From assembly GCA_040002895.1 (NCBI GenBank), contig JBDUDP010000005.1, forward strand, positions 3,110-67,109: a stretch of DNA of 64,000 nt. The letters are read 5' to 3'. Origin of the DNA: Gemmatimonadota bacterium. Lineage in GTDB: Bacteria; Gemmatimonadota; Gemmatimonadetes; Gemmatimonadales; GWC2-71-9. The notes below the pieces were generated by a model, which saw only the letters and a list, made by a program, of their open reading frames with translations, did no database searches and was not told where the DNA came from. Of this stretch, positions 62,906 through 64,000 are shown one piece after another (the stretch's first letter is position 1; every line of letters begins with the position of its first letter). The position numbers and the translations under genes were made by a program.

Positions 62906-64000
62906 TCAGCGGTCGCGCGGAAGGGCGGCCTCGGGGCGGACGCGCCAGAGCCACAATGAACGCCAGCTCTTGCTCGGCCAGATGGTCACATTCGTGAGCC
63001 GTTGGTGCACCGCAATCACATTGACTGGGGCCATCAGAAAGATGGCGGGATGCCACGCCGTCATTCGGGAGAGCACCGCACCCCAAGCCGCCAGCGGCTT
63101 TGTGCTGGACTCGGCCGCGCGCAGCCGACGGTCGAATTCCGGATCGCACCAGTGTCCAACATTGGATGTCCCCGGGGCGGCGGCGGTGGCGCAGGACCAA
63201 CTCTGCACTAGCGACGAGGGAGCCGGGTCTTGGTTGGCACCGGCGAGGTCGATATCGAAGCGTCCAGCCTTCTCCCGCGCGGTGTAGGTGGAGCGGTCGA
63301 CTTGTTCGAGATCGGCTTGCACGCCTACAGCGCGCCACATTTGCTGCGCCGGCACCGAAATGGTTTGGCGTACGCCGGGGGGAACGAGCACGCTCATCCG
63401 AAGCGGCTGCCCGTTACGATCCAGAATCCCGTCGCCGTCACTGTCGCGCCAACCGGCGTCGGCGAGGAGTGCGCGCGCGCGGACGATGTCTTGCCCCGCC
63501 GCCGTGATTCCCCGCGGCGTCATCCACCCCCAGATTTGCGACTGCGCCGCATCGGGCACCACGACCCCTCGCGGGAAAACGCTTTGGGCCAACGTCACTC
63601 GGTCGAGGGCGAGGGTGAGTGCTTCGCGCACGCGCACGTCGCCGAAGATCGGATGGGGTGCGGCGGTATCGGCCGGATTGCGGCTGTTGAAGAGGGCGTA
63701 GAACAGCAGATTGCTGGCGACCGTCACGAGCCGTAGTTGGGGCTGAGCGCGAAGCTCATCGATGTTGTTGAGGGGCACACCCTCCAGCAGATCGGTCTCG
63801 CCGCTGAGCAGCAGATTTTTGCGCGCCGTCGGATCGGAGACATAGCGCACCAACACGCGTGCGATCCCCGGCTTGCCCAAAAAGAAGTTTGGATCGGCGC
63901 GGAGTTCGACCAACTCGCCGGGAACGCGACGAACGAAGCGATAGGGGCCGTTGCCAACCGGCATCTGTGCCCAGCGGGACACAGCGATCGAATCGATTGG
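62906..64000 (-). CDS. ABC transporter substrate-binding protein, family 5 (OppA/DppA-like), N-terminus beyond window
   Basis: 'VGNGPYRFV...PG..VEL..NP.F' is typical of SBP_bac_5. The reading frame stays open from 63982 to nt 64000, so the gene continues outside the window. Confidence 0.8.
   Translation of the reverse strand, partial: PIDSIAVSRWAQMPVGNGPYRFVRRVPGELVELRADPNFFLGKPGIARVLVRYVSDPTARKNLLLSGETDLLEGVPLNNIDELRAQPQLRLVTVASNLLFYALFNSRNPADTAAPHPIFGDVRVREALTLALDRVTLAQSVFPRGVVVPDAAQSQIWGWMTPRGITAAGQDIVRARALLADAGWRDSDGDGILDRNGQPLRMSVLVPPGVRQTISVPAQQMWRAVGVQADLEQVDRSTYTAREKAGRFDIDLAGANQDPAPSSLVQSWSCATAAAPGTSNVGHWCDPEFDRRLRAAESSTKPLAAWGAVLSRMTAWHPAIFLMAPVNVIAVHQRLTNVTIWPSKSWRSLWLWRVRPEAALPRDR

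Noticed and set aside
1-64000. Mobile elements, prophage, defence islands, tRNA/rRNA/other structured RNA genes
   Set aside because: I recognised no integrase, transposase, recombinase, restriction, Cas, toxin-antitoxin or phage-like proteins. No terminal inverted or direct repeats flank any block. All non-coding gaps are too short (under about 165 nt) and show no tRNA-like cloverleaf sequence.

Overview
GC-rich bacterial chromosomal segment with strong GC3 bias. It is almost fully coding: about 60 genes, and every intergenic gap is under about 165 nt. I found no rRNA, tRNA, CRISPR array, transposase, integrase or phage genes. The family content (CarboxypepD_reg-type TonB receptor, DUF1800/DUF1501 pair, DUF4331, many secreted peptidases) suggests a Gemmatimonadota-like or FCB-type Gram-negative organism; this is inference only. 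Genes are packed into long co-directional blocks joined by 1-nt or 4-nt start/stop overlaps (ATGA, GTGA, TGATG) at more than 20 junctions. Main blocks, in order: (1) hisIE-dnaE-accA-PSP1/ricT-metG. (2) A secreted gluzincin lipoprotein, an outer-membrane barrel and a COG4324 aminopeptidase, followed by an M20 dipeptidase and a hybrid histidine kinase. (3) lipA-pdhA-pdhB-pdhC-lpd-X-lipB-Y. (4) An uncharacterised envelope cluster: split DUF4331, TPR, HupE/UreJ and a DUF6702-like gene, followed by an ECF sigma/anti-sigma pair and facing a divergent ABC exporter. (5) A seven-gene translationally coupled envelope and glycosyltransferase operon. (6) A coiled-coil protein, a POT transporter and a membrane-anchored SARP-like regulator. 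(7) arsR-arsM-arsN2::arsC with AT-rich operators. (8) A half-size TauE with a dihaem cytochrome. (9) An M28 peptidase, two paralogous beta-propeller lipoproteins and a TonB-dependent receptor. (10) DUF1800-DUF1501. (11) An Opp/Dpp-type ABC importer with an M61 aminopeptidase and PhzF. The best candidates for undescribed biology are the split-DUF4331/TPR/HupE cluster, the lipoprotein-assisted TonB receptor locus, the peptidase-barrel-peptidase operon, the DUF3108-containing envelope operon, and a hairpin-forming in-frame tandem repeat inside the PSP1/RicT gene. All family assignments come from motif recognition by eye and need HMM or structure confirmation.
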